Below are positions 28,973 to 39,352 of a stretch of DNA of 64,000 bases, in pieces. The stretch is from Octopus sinensis (lineage: Eukaryota): NCBI RefSeq assembly GCF_006345805.1, contig NC_042997.1, positions 205,282,001 through 205,346,000 on the forward strand, written 5' to 3'. The position numbers were made by a program, and so were the translations under genes. Position 1 is the first letter of the stretch, and each line of letters starts with the position of its first letter. The notes beneath the pieces are model-generated. The model made no database searches and had not been told where the DNA came from. It worked only from the letters and a program-made list of their open reading frames with translations.

Positions 28973-31900
28973 CCGACTACGGCTGCTATAATGGTACGAT
29001 TATAATTGTAACGGCAATGATGGCCGTCTCCCCACGAGCCAATCAAAGCTAAAAAATGATAACATTATCGTAGCACCAAAATGTTTTTGGAAACTAAAAG
29101 GAAAACTAAATCAGTATACCAAATCGCTTGTCCTATGGTTAATCTGGAAGCGCGTCCCCCAGGGAAGAGCCAGCCTGGGATCGAAAAGTCATCAACTGGT
29201 ACAAACTCTTCTCCGAATACGGACATGGATGGTCACTTGAACGGGAAATCCCCCAACTCGAGCCCTCCAAGTTCACCACCACAACCACCACAGAAAGAAA
29301 AATGTAAGCGGAACAAATGGACCCGAGAAGAGTATAAAGAAGTAATATACGCTTATTACTATGCATTAGGTAGGCCATCTCAAGAGAGACACACCGCAAA
29401 CTCTTACAGTATATGGAGAACACGGAATCAAGACAGTAGGCCCTATTTGGACGAGAACAAATTAGCAAATGTGAGGAGGGATATCCTTAGAAATAACAGA
29501 CTCACAGACAGTGAAATAAGTGCGATCAAGCACGCAACGGAAAATGACATAAATATAAGACACAAAGGAAATGAAGAATCAGATGAACAGTATAGCCCGC
29601 CACGAGGCTTAATTGAAAGACTGCCATCTGACCAAAGTACGCAAAGGCCTGAAGATACAAGAAATTCTATTGTACCTGTTAAAGATAGCCAGGAAAACGA
29701 AAAAACAACAGTAACTGAAGATCTCGCATTTGCTGAAGAACACAGAGAGTCTATGGCAGAAATGAGGCAGAAAATCCTGAATACGCTTGAAGTTGTAAGA
29801 CATACAAGTATGAATGATAGAGAACCACTTCATAAACTCTCAAATACAAACCAAAATAAAAAACAAATCCAAATTGGCAACTATGTAACAAATGAAATAA
29901 TACGAGAATTAAAACCTGATTTTACTGAGTTAAATGAAATTATTTACGCTTCTGCTAGGGCAATTGAAACCAGCTGTATGCCCCCGAAAAAACAAAGAAA
30001 ACAAAACCTGGGAAGAAATCAAACCTGGAGAAGTAAAATTGAAAAAGAGATTGAATTTATGAGAGGGGAAATATCAATATTAAATGAACTAATATGTAGA
30101 AATGATGTAAGATCCAGAACAGGAAGAAAGATGAAGAGAAAATTTGGATCCTCACCAAGAGAAGAACTGATATCAATAAAAGAAACGCTGAAACAAAAAG
30201 TCCAAGCAAAAGCCCAAAGAATACGAAGATTTGAGAAGAGAAACAAGTTTTACAAGCAAAATAAGCTGTTCACATCCAATGCCAAAAAATTCTACAGAGA
30301 AATAGGGAAGGAGAAAGTAACCGTTAAAGACCCCCCTCCCATGGAAGAAGTTCAAAACTTTTGGAAAAGGATTTGGAGTGACAAGAAGACGTACAACATA
30401 AATGCAGACTGGATTATACAAACTGAAGGATCCTACCAAAATTTACAACAACAAGCATGGGAAGACATCACAATAGCAGACCTAAGAAAGGCACTCACGA
30501 AGGCCCATAATTGGAAATCCCCCGGTAAAGATAGGGTGCCGAATTTCTGGCTCGCATCGCTCCCGTGCGCACACGGTAAGCTAGTTCAGCTGCTCAATGG
30601 AATTATGAGAGACCCAAAGAAAACACCTGAATGGTTAGCAAGTGGCATTACTTACCTACTCCCAAAGAATAACGAAACCAACCTTCCAAAAAACTATCGG
30701 CCTATAACCTGTCTATCCACCACGTATAAAATCCTAACATCTATCCTGGCGGAGAAAACATATGCATTCATGGAGAAGAACGATATTTTCCCCATTGAAC
30801 AAAAAGGGTGCCGCCGAGGCTCTTACGGATGCAAAGATCAACTGCTAATCAATCGTATGATCCTTGAGAACTGTCACAACAAGCGCAGAAATCTCAGCTC
30901 CGCATGGATTGACTATAAAAAGGCCTTCGACAGTATACCGCATCCATGGATCTTGAGATCGCTGGACATCTTCAAAATTTCCCCTGTGATTTCAAACTTC
31001 CTGAAGCACAATATGTCGTTGTGGAATACGAATCTCCAATTATACCACTCTAATGGAGTACTTGCCTCAGAAAATATAAACATCAACTGTGTAATTTTTC
31101 AAGGTGACTCACTTTCACCTTTGATATTCTGCATAGCCCTAATACCCCTTACAAGTGAATTAAACAGAACAGGGTATGGGTATAAAATTGCCAATAAAAA
31201 AATAAGCCATCTATTTTATATGGATGACTTAAAACTTTATGGTAAAGACAATAATGAACTTGAAGGCCTATTGCGCACCGTGAAAGCATTCAGCGATGAC
31301 ATCGGGATGGAGTTTGGACTTGAGAAGTGTGCCAAGGCCACTTTCAAGAAAGGGAAAGTGAAGACCACAAATTCAGTCGTGTTAGATGTTGACACAGTCA
31401 TAAGAGAGCTTGAGCAAGAACAAACATACAAATATTTAGGGATAAATGAAGGCTCTGGTATTCAGCATGCAAGCATGAAAGAGAAGATCAGGAAGGAATG
31501 TTATAGGAGAGTTCGTGCAGTCCTGAAATCTGAACTAAATGCACGTAACAAGGTGTTAGCTATAAATTCCTTAGCAGTTCCAGTTGTTACTTATAGCTAC
31601 AATGTGTTGAACTGGAATATGAGTGAAGTAAAGAATATAGATAGGAAAATACGCAAGCTGCTGAGTTGTAATAGGATGCACCACCCAAAGGCAGACGTAG
31701 ATCGCCTTTACCTTCCCAGAGCCCAAGGAGGTCGAGGCCTGATCCAATTTGAACTAGCTTACAAAACAACCACAATTGGACTGGCCAAATATCTCGAAAT
31801 ATCGAATGACTGGATGCTAAAGCTCGTGGAAAATCACGAGAGACGAAAGAAGCTTCATTCTATTATAAAGGAAAGCAAAAAAATTGCTATTGATCTCGTG

Positions 31901-32945
31901 CAGGATACCCAAACTGAACAACCCGAGGGAAGTACGGCAACTATTGTTGCAAAGAAGGTGAAAATGATGGCAATGAAAAAAGCGCACGAGCAATTGGCTG
32001 ATAGGTGGGAGGAGAAACCTCTGCACGGCAGATATGTGACTCGCAGCAAACAAGCTGATGTTGACCAGAAGCAAACCCATCAGTGGCTACGGAGCTCAGG
32101 GCTAAAAGCAGAGAGCGAAGGTTTCATCCTGGCTGCTCAAGATCAAAGCCTATTAACCCGGAACTACCAGGCCAATGTGATGAAAAATGGAGCAGACCTA
32201 AAATGCCGATTCTGCAACGACATGATTGAAACAGTGGACCACCTAATCTCTGGATGTAAAGTCTTAGCACCAGTGGAGTATAAATTAAGACATGACAGAG
32301 TTGGCCAATATCTCCACTGGCTAATAAGTCGGCATTACAATATCAAAACTGCCGACAAGTGGTATAATCACCACCCTGAGGCTGTAACTGAAGGAGAAAA
32401 TGTAACCATTCTGTGGGACTTTCCAGTACATACAGACCGAACCATCAAGGCCAATAAACCAGATATTGTTGTGAAAGACCAAAACAATAAAGTTTGCTTA
32501 TTGATCGACATGAGCATCCCCTGTGATCATAATATCTCAGCGAAAGAGTTTGACAAGCTCAGAAAATATAAAGACCTACTCATTGAAATTGAGAAAATGT
32601 GGCATCTCAAGGCGGTTACAATACCAGTGATCGTAGGAGCACTAGGAATGATCAAGAAGGGAACCGAAAATTATATGAAAATGATCCCTGGCTTACCATC
32701 CCTGCAAGAAGTGCAAAAGATTGTCTTAACTGGTACATCACACGTATTGAGAAGAGCATTGTTGATGTGAGAACTGTTGCTGCTCATGTATTTTAATTTA
32801 ACTTAAAAAAAAATTTAAAAAATGAACGAACTATTGAGTTTGATTTAATGGCCTACCAATGTATACTATGAGTTTCTTTGCCCTAGGAGTCGGGAAGACA
32901 CTCGGCAAGAAATGGAAGCAAATTTGAAAGAAGAAAAAAAAAGTA
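28973..32945 (+). mobile_element. Apparently full-length R4/Dong-clade non-LTR retrotransposon inserted in (TAA)n
   Basis: Single long RT plus restriction-like endonuclease ORF; taataataataa immediately 5' and a long (TAA)n tract immediately after the A-rich 3' end. Confidence 0.85.
29081..32770 (+). CDS. 1229-aa reverse transcriptase with CCHC knuckle and restriction-like endonuclease
   Basis: NWKSPGKD, NYRPITCL, EQKGCR, AWIDYKKAFDS, FQGDSLSP, LFYMDDLKLY, YKYLG, CRFC..ETVDHLISGC, RHDRV, KPDIVV..IDMSIP, KYKDL. Confidence 0.95.
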   Translation: MFLETKRKTKSVYQIACPMVNLEARPPGKSQPGIEKSSTGTNSSPNTDMDGHLNGKSPNSSPPSSPPQPPQKEKCKRNKWTREEYKEVIYAYYYALGRPSQERHTANSYSIWRTRNQDSRPYLDENKLANVRRDILRNNRLTDSEISAIKHATENDINIRHKGNEESDEQYSPPRGLIERLPSDQSTQRPEDTRNSIVPVKDSQENEKTTVTEDLAFAEEHRESMAEMRQKILNTLEVVRHTSMNDREPLHKLSNTNQNKKQIQIGNYVTNEIIRELKPDFTELNEIIYASARAIETSCMPPKKQRKQNLGRNQTWRSKIEKEIEFMRGEISILNELICRNDVRSRTGRKMKRKFGSSPREELISIKETLKQKVQAKAQRIRRFEKRNKFYKQNKLFTSNAKKFYREIGKEKVTVKDPPPMEEVQNFWKRIWSDKKTYNINADWIIQTEGSYQNLQQQAWEDITIADLRKALTKAHNWKSPGKDRVPNFWLASLPCAHGKLVQLLNGIMRDPKKTPEWLASGITYLLPKNNETNLPKNYRPITCLSTTYKILTSILAEKTYAFMEKNDIFPIEQKGCRRGSYGCKDQLLINRMILENCHNKRRNLSSAWIDYKKAFDSIPHPWILRSLDIFKISPVISNFLKHNMSLWNTNLQLYHSNGVLASENININCVIFQGDSLSPLIFCIALIPLTSELNRTGYGYKIANKKISHLFYMDDLKLYGKDNNELEGLLRTVKAFSDDIGMEFGLEKCAKATFKKGKVKTTNSVVLDVDTVIRELEQEQTYKYLGINEGSGIQHASMKEKIRKECYRRVRAVLKSELNARNKVLAINSLAVPVVTYSYNVLNWNMSEVKNIDRKIRKLLSCNRMHHPKADVDRLYLPRAQGGRGLIQFELAYKTTTIGLAKYLEISNDWMLKLVENHERRKKLHSIIKESKKIAIDLVQDTQTEQPEGSTATIVAKKVKMMAMKKAHEQLADRWEEKPLHGRYVTRSKQADVDQKQTHQWLRSSGLKAESEGFILAAQDQSLLTRNYQANVMKNGADLKCRFCNDMIETVDHLISGCKVLAPVEYKLRHDRVGQYLHWLISRHYNIKTADKWYNHHPEAVTEGENVTILWDFPVHTDRTIKANKPDIVVKDQNNKVCLLIDMSIPCDHNISAKEFDKLRKYKDLLIEIEKMWHLKAVTIPVIVGALGMIKKGTENYMKMIPGLPSLQEVQKIVLTGTSHVLRRALLM

Positions 32946-32947
32946 AT

Positions 32948-33012
<65 letters not shown>

Positions 33013-33229
33013 TACAATTCAAAAGTTATATAATATTGTTAAATAAAAAACGTTACTTAGCTTGTCGATGAAAATAATATAACTGAATTTTAAACGTAAA
33101 AACATAGGTCTTAGCGTTTATAAGAAATTAAACTCATGAAGACGTTGTGTAAAAAATAAAATAAAATTATCAAAGAAAATGACGAAAAATATTTATTAAT
33201 GATAAAGACGAACACTAAATTCTACAATG

Positions 33230-33613
33230 ATAGATTAAATATTGATACCAATAATTATAATAAAGACCTAGATATATTTTATTGTACATGTAGGGATAAG
33301 ACTACATGTAATTTTAATAATAATTGTAATTTAGATAATGTAGTCTATAAGTATATGGTAAATGGATTATAAGAATTTGAACTATCATAATTTAAACACT
33401 TCGAATAAAATTTAATCAAGAGTAGCTCAACATATGTATTCTTTTAGGAATAAAAATGTAATAAATTCCACAGGTCTCAGTGAATATATTTGGGACCTTA
33501 AATCTAGATCTATTAAATATAAAATAACTTGGGAGATAATTTGTAGGGCTAAATCATATTCTGGAGGGAGTAATTATTGTTCTTTGTGTAATAATGAATT
33601 CAAAGAAATATTA
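33230..33613 (+). mobile_element. Penelope-type GIY-YIG fragment, cut by the gap
   Basis: CTCRDKTTCNFNNNCNLDNVVYK..HMYSFRNK..STGLSEYIWDLKSRSIKYKITWEII..YCSLCNNE. Confidence 0.75.
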
Positions 33614-33713
33614 NNNNNNNNNNNNNNNNNNNNNNNNNNNNNNNNNNNNNNNNNNNNNNNNNNNNNNNNNNNNNNNNNNNNNNNNNNNNNNNNNNNNNNN
33701 NNNNNNNNNNNNN
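33614..33713. other. Assembly gap (100 N)
   Basis: A run of exactly 100 N, typical of a scaffold join of unknown size. Confidence 0.99.
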
Positions 33714-33829
33714 TTGGGACGGCGACTCATTACCCCGATTTCAATTAATATTTGTCAGAGAAATTTTTTGGTTGTAGTCGTATTGCTCTTGGCACTCTTA
33801 ATTATTCTTTTCTACTCTAGGCACAAGGA

Positions 33830-34573
33830 CCGAAAGTTTGGGGGAGGCGACCAGTGGATTAGATTGACCCCACCATGCAACTGGTACTTAATTCATAGAC
33901 CCTGAAAGAATGAAATGTGAAGTCGACCTCGGAGGAATTTGAACTCAGAACGTAACGCAGACGAAATACCTATTTCTTTACTACCCACAAGGGGCTAAAC
34001 ATAGAGTAGACAAACAAGGACAGACAAACGCATTAAGTCGATTATATCGACCCCAGTGCGTTACTGGTACTTATTTTAATCGAACCCAAAAGGATGAAAG
34101 GCAAAGTCGACCTCGGAGGAATTTGAACTCAGAACATAACGGCAGACGAAAAACCTATTTTTATACTACCCACTAGGGGCTAAACATAGAGGAGACAAAC
34201 AAGGACAGACAAACGCATTAAGTCGATTACATAGACGCCAGTGCGTAACTGGTACTTAATTTATCGACTCCGAAAGGATGAAAGGTAAAGTCGACCTCGG
34301 CGGAATTTGAACTCGGAACATAACGGCTGACGAAATACCTATTTCTTTATTACCTTCAGGGGCTAAACACAATGAGGACAAACAAGGACAGACAAACAAA
34401 TTAATTCGATTATATCGAGCCCAGTGCGTAACTGGTACTTAGTTTAATCGTCCCCGAAAGGATGAAAGGCAAAGTCGACCTCGGCGGAATTTGAACTCAG
34501 AAACGTAACGGCGGACGAAATACCGCTAAGCATTTCGTCCGGCGTGCTAACGTTTCTGCCAGCTCGCAGCCTA
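33830..34573 (-). mobile_element. tRNA-derived SINE as a tandem multimer (about 4 units, period ~185 bp)
   Basis: One complete head at about 34510-34573 (reverse complement aggctgcgagctggcagaaacgttagcacg), then repeated B-box plus body units. Confidence 0.8.
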
Positions 34574-35140
34574 AGCACCCTAAATTATTCATGTATATGT
34601 GCGTGTGCGCGCACCGTTCATTTTTGATATTATTTACCCCTGACATCGAATTTTGTCAACATTTAATCATTTAAACATTGTTCTCTGCTTCGTAATTTTA
34701 AACCCTGTTAAAATCGCTTTTTTTTTCTATACATTTGTATCATTGATAAACAAAATGTTGCCGAAATTAGTTTGGTATAAATAAATAAATTTTAAATAAA
34801 TGAATTTATTTAAAAACAATTACAAGTTTTTTCAAATTCTGGTGTCTTTTCGCAAACATCTTCTCCTCTATTTCTTCCTGCAAGAAATCCACCTCTTCTT
34901 TCCATATGTATATATATATATATATGTATGTATATATATAAATGTTTAAGTAGCTGAATGAATTATCCTAGTATGGATAATTCGGTTAACCGATACCCGG
35001 GTAGCAAATTTACGCCAGAAAGCACGGTTGAAGCTACATACCAAGGGCAGAAATCACGTGCTTTCGTGTGGAAATTTGTGTGTTTTTTTACTATAGATAA
35101 ATGAAAGAATGGAGTCGAACGACGATTTAAAATTCCTTTA

Positions 35141-35223
35141 TTCTCGACATATGTTTCGAAGACTGCATATTCTTAATTCCGAAGTAATAAACGGTGCATT
35201 ATGCCGTCTTCTCATCAGGAAAG
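35141..35223 (-). ncRNA. Type I hammerhead ribozyme
   Basis: Minus strand: tttc/gaga stem I (one G-U), CTGATGA, gaagac/gtcttc stem II, GAAA, ac-atat-gt stem III, GTC triplet (cut after 35146). Confidence 0.75.
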
Positions 35224-35801
35224 ACAAGGAACTTATGTCAGCATCATGACGAACAAAAACTTTTAGATGACTGCCCACACGGAGTCCATAGTGATAATGA
35301 GTGTTTCTTTAAAATATTCCGTTATAAGCAGTGACGTCAAAATTGGTTGGATGGATAAGATTCTAAAAAGTTCAAGAGTTCAAAAATGATTGGAAGGGGC
35401 AGGTTCTAAGAATAGGGGGGTGACAGTGTGCAAGTTGTATGTATGGTGGTGCGTTGTTGTTTGCTTTTGCCAATGAGATTGAGTGCCTATGTGTGTGTAT
35501 GTATATAACTGCATTCGTGTCTATGTGTGTGTATATATGTGCGTGATTGTTTGTGTGGGGGCATAATACTAAATATATCTAGTGGTGAAGTGACAGGTTT
35601 GTGTCTGTGTGTTTGATTGTGCTTATGATAGAGAGAGGGAGAGAGAGAGAGGGGGTAGAGGTAGAGAGACAAAGGTAGAACATACCCCAACGAATTTGGT
35701 AGTAGGCCTTTAAGTAACGGAGTATAAAAAAATTTGTATATGGTGTTGTTGTAGATGTGGAACCAAATTATTAAATTCAAGGAGGTTATCTATATTAATC
35801 A

Positions 35802-36806
35802 TCATTCATATGAGTGGAAGGTGTGTTTCTGCCAGTGCATGCACCTATAGGATTTTTCTACCATTGTGTTTACTAAAGGGAATTTGGCGAAAAGTATATA
35901 GAAAAGCTCGGAATTACAGACGGCACGATATTTTCTGCCCTTATCAAAAGGAAAGGATACAGACAATATGGACCATTCCAGCTTGAAAGTTATATTGCTG
36001 TCCTTAAGACGCCAAACTAATTTACTTAGTCCTGTACTTTGTTGTTTCCTCTTATCTCGGAAAGTTGAATAATGATTGGAAATCCTCTGGGAAAATTTAG
36101 AAGTAGTCGCCCCAACATAGAAGAAGACACCGGTACCGAAAGAAACCCTACACTGGTAAATGGAATTTCTAATTTCGGAATTACTGGACAAGAACTTTAA
36201 TCTGTTAGGGTTTACCTCCGAGACTAAGACGGAGTTTTTATTGTTATGATTTCTGTTAATATAACTGCTAGCACTGACCACTATACTATTTCTATTATTG
36301 TTATTATTACTATTAATTGTACTATCACCTGTAATATCCCTGACTATAGAAATGCTGCCATTGTTATCATCAATACTACCAGTGTTATTAGAAATGCTGT
36401 CGTTGTTACCACTAACACTACCACTGTTAATAATCCGACTAATATTATTATTAATATTACCACTGTAAATGCCAACGCTGTTATGAATGTTGCTATCATC
36501 AATACTATTTCTATTATTATTATTGTATGTTTGGTTGGAATTGGTAAGAATAGTGTTGTAACTCCCGGATGAAGAATCCTTGTTTAGCAGCTTGTTATTA
36601 TGGGAGGCAATAATTTGCGATAGATTTCTAGTATTGGAGAATGCAATCCTTACCTTATGCGAATTGATAGTAGAGTAATACGTAGAATTCCTGGGAAAGT
36701 TCCTAGCTACGGCTTCACGGAACTGCAAAAGAAGGTTTGACTTGATTTGTTTTCCGAAAGGTATGACAAACCAGATATAGATTTTAGTGGACTTAGAATT
36801 GTTCAA
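35802..36806 (-). CDS. 334-aa Penelope-type linker, Asn-rich tract and GIY-YIG endonuclease
   Basis: WFVIPF..FP..VRIAFSNTRNLSQIIASHNNKLL linker; NSIYQC..FYVGATT..RISNH..STGLSKLVWRLK..WSIL..CNSE endonuclease motifs. Confidence 0.75.
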   Translation of the reverse strand: MNNSKSTKIYIWFVIPFGKQIKSNLLLQFREAVARNFPRNSTYYSTINSHKVRIAFSNTRNLSQIIASHNNKLLNKDSSSGSYNTILTNSNQTYNNNNRNSIDDSNIHNSVGIYSGNINNNISRIINSGSVSGNNDSISNNTGSIDDNNGSISIVRDITGDSTINSNNNNNRNSIVVSASSYINRNHNNKNSVLVSEVNPNRLKFLSSNSEIRNSIYQCRVSFGTGVFFYVGATTSKFSQRISNHYSTFRDKRKQQSTGLSKLVWRLKDSNITFKLEWSILSVSFPFDKGRKYRAVCNSELFYILFAKFPLVNTMVEKSYRCMHWQKHTFHSYE

Positions 36807-37009
36807 AGTACTACCAGTTACATTAAAGGGAATATTTCTGTGCTGGAAAATTGGGGTTGGTTGCCGATTGCCTCCCCTGGTCCGTAAATTATTTTTCTTA
36901 AGTATAGTGGTGCCGACGTTGTTAGAGCTGAAATCATTATTCTCACTATTTCTATTGTTATTAGTTTTCTTATCCTGAGAAGTATATATAGGTTTAGAAT
37001 GGGCCGGGT

Positions 37010-37390
37010 CAAAGCTGAAGTTGTCTATGTGTGGCAGGTTTGGCAGCCTTCAACTAACACTATCTCCTCCGAGACCCTGCGGCGCAAGTTGACCAAAATT
37101 GAGAGTATGATAGAAGGCTTGCTCTTCATTCCGTAGAAGATAAAATTCAAATCGGACCATGTTAACACCAAAAATTATTTACATCAAAAAGGCGCTTTTT
37201 TTCCTATGAAAATTCCTATTTTTTACGTCTTTTTGACTGATTTTTGACAGCATTTGTCGGTGTATTTCAACCAGAAAAATGTTCACTTAAAGAGAATAAC
37301 AAGCTACATAATGGAAACTTTTTTACTTTTCAAAAATTCCAATTCTAAAGGGTCGAAACAAACCTGAGCAACGGCGGGGGATACTGCTAG

Positions 37391-37392
<2 letters not shown>
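37010..37392 (-). mobile_element. Second HINE-like repeat family (ACTAG start in a TA tract)
   Basis: Reverse complement starts tatactagcagtatcccccgccgttgctcagg. Inner boundary is uncertain. Confidence 0.4.
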
Positions 37393-37457
<65 letters not shown>

Positions 37458-37550
37458 ATCCAAACAAGAAAACACAGAAAAAAACACAGCAACGCGAGGA
37501 CGTGGAACAATTAAAGTATTATTTGACGCTCAGGAAAGAAGGGAAGGAGG

Positions 37551-37585
37551 GTTTAACGTTTCGAGCGGAGCTCTTCGTCGGAAAC
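37551..37585 (-). ncRNA. Minimal hammerhead-like motif (variant core)
   Basis: gttt-CCGACGA-a-gagc tcc gctc-GAAAC-GTT-aaac. Confidence 0.45.
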
Positions 37586-37825
37586 AAGGAGAAGGAAAGA
37601 TCCCGAGAAGGGAAGACAGAGGAAAAAAATATTGTTGCTGGTGGTGCTCAAGAGATCACATATATACATATGTATGTATATATGTACTAGCTGACCACAT
37701 GCCGTCCATAATGATGGCTAATTGTAGTATTTTATATACAAATAAGGTACAAAGTAAGGTACGTAATAATCACACATACAAACTCCTTTTGTACACACAC
37801 ACACACACACACACATACATAGATA

Positions 37826-38075
<250 letters not shown>

Positions 38076-38083
38076 ACAGCCAG

Positions 38084-38120
<37 letters not shown>

Positions 38121-38469
38121 CACACACACACACACACACACACATACTCACACGCACACACATACTTACATATATGATAGTAGCCGACTCGATTTCAAGT
38201 AGAGCCATATCTTGACTTAATTATGCCCTAGAATATCATCAATGAGCGGCACGAATGTGATCTTTGAGGCCTGCCAAAGACTTGCATGCTTTTTAACAAT
38301 TAGCGCAAGAAAACTTGGTAATTGTATAGTTTACAGCTCCATGAACTTTACTGTGCCTCTTCAAGCCACTTTTCAATCTGCATACTTTATGACAGAGGTT
38401 GCATTCGAAATCTTTTGTCCATCTATAATCAATGCGCGGTTGTGCCATGTGGGATTTCATGTGGCTCTT

Positions 38470-39140
38470 TAACCCAGCCTTACTAAGGCAAATCTTTCCA
38501 CATTCATCCCATGTATGATGACCACGTTCATCAATGTTTGTTGAATATCATTCCTGTCACTTTGTTTCATCTTTCTTTTGATCTTGCCATGCTCCATTCT
38601 CTTTCTTTCAAATTCATTTTTGCCTTCATACGAAATTTTTTTCCATTTTTCTTGGCAATGCGCTAAATCTTCACAGTTGTCAATTGGAACGTTTATCTTA
38701 TTCAATCCTGACTTCAGACAATCTCTGTACCACGTCTTTGGTTTGTGGGACGGACGCTTACCTGTCACCAATTCTCCGTAAAAAAAGCTGTTTAGGCATT
38801 CTGTTGGTTGTCATTCTCACTAAGTGTCCATTCCATCTCAATCAGTACTGCAATAGCAAAGCTTCAATACCGAAGCATTTCCCTCTTTCAAGCCTCTTCA
38901 TCGTCACTCACAAACATTTTCCAGATGATCCTCAAAATCCTTCTCAGACATTGTTGATGAAAACGTTCCATAAGTTTTAAGTGCTTACGATACACAGTCC
39001 AGGTTTCGCAAGCATTCAACAAAGAGGTTAAGATACATGTATTGTATACCTTAATCTTTGTCGCATGTCTAGACCATAGGCGGTCTTCTAATTTGCCGAA
39101 AGCAAAACTGAGTTTCTGAATGCGTAGTGACACTTCATCA
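38470..39140 (-). mobile_element. Degraded RTE-clade LINE fragment (its end also appears at 1..50)
   Basis: AFGKLEDRLW..KIKVYNTCILTSLLNACETWT..MERFHQQCLRRILRI and GKRPSHKPKTWYRDCLK. Confidence 0.8.
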
Positions 39141-39352
39141 TCAAGATTCGCTGATGTGTTTAATGTATATCATAATGTTTTACCCCATTCGTGACAGAGA
39201 TACGCTCCGACATAAATACACGTTATGTTATTTTTGCATTATTTCAAATGGAATACCCACAAATCTTATTGATTGAAATCCCAATAACTGAACTATTATT
39301 AATTTATATTATTATATATTTTGTATATTTCTATATAAATATATATATATAA

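Larger units (their letters stand above)
35010..37010 (-). mobile_element. Penelope-derived element with an intact endonuclease-only ORF and a 3' hammerhead
   Basis: GIY-YIG ORF 35802..36806 plus a hammerhead at 35141..35223 on the same strand. Boundaries are approximate. Confidence 0.7.

Noticed and set aside
28973-29080. HDV-like ribozyme in the 5'UTR of the R4/Dong element
   Set aside because: A cgt-ctcccc-acg hairpin and a gataa/ttatc stem are present, but I could not build a consistent P1/P2 nested pseudoknot. An RNArobo or Infernal search would decide.
33830-34573. CRISPR-like array (also considered for 63225-63310)
   Set aside because: Eukaryotic context, whole units repeat without unique spacers, and there are no cas genes.
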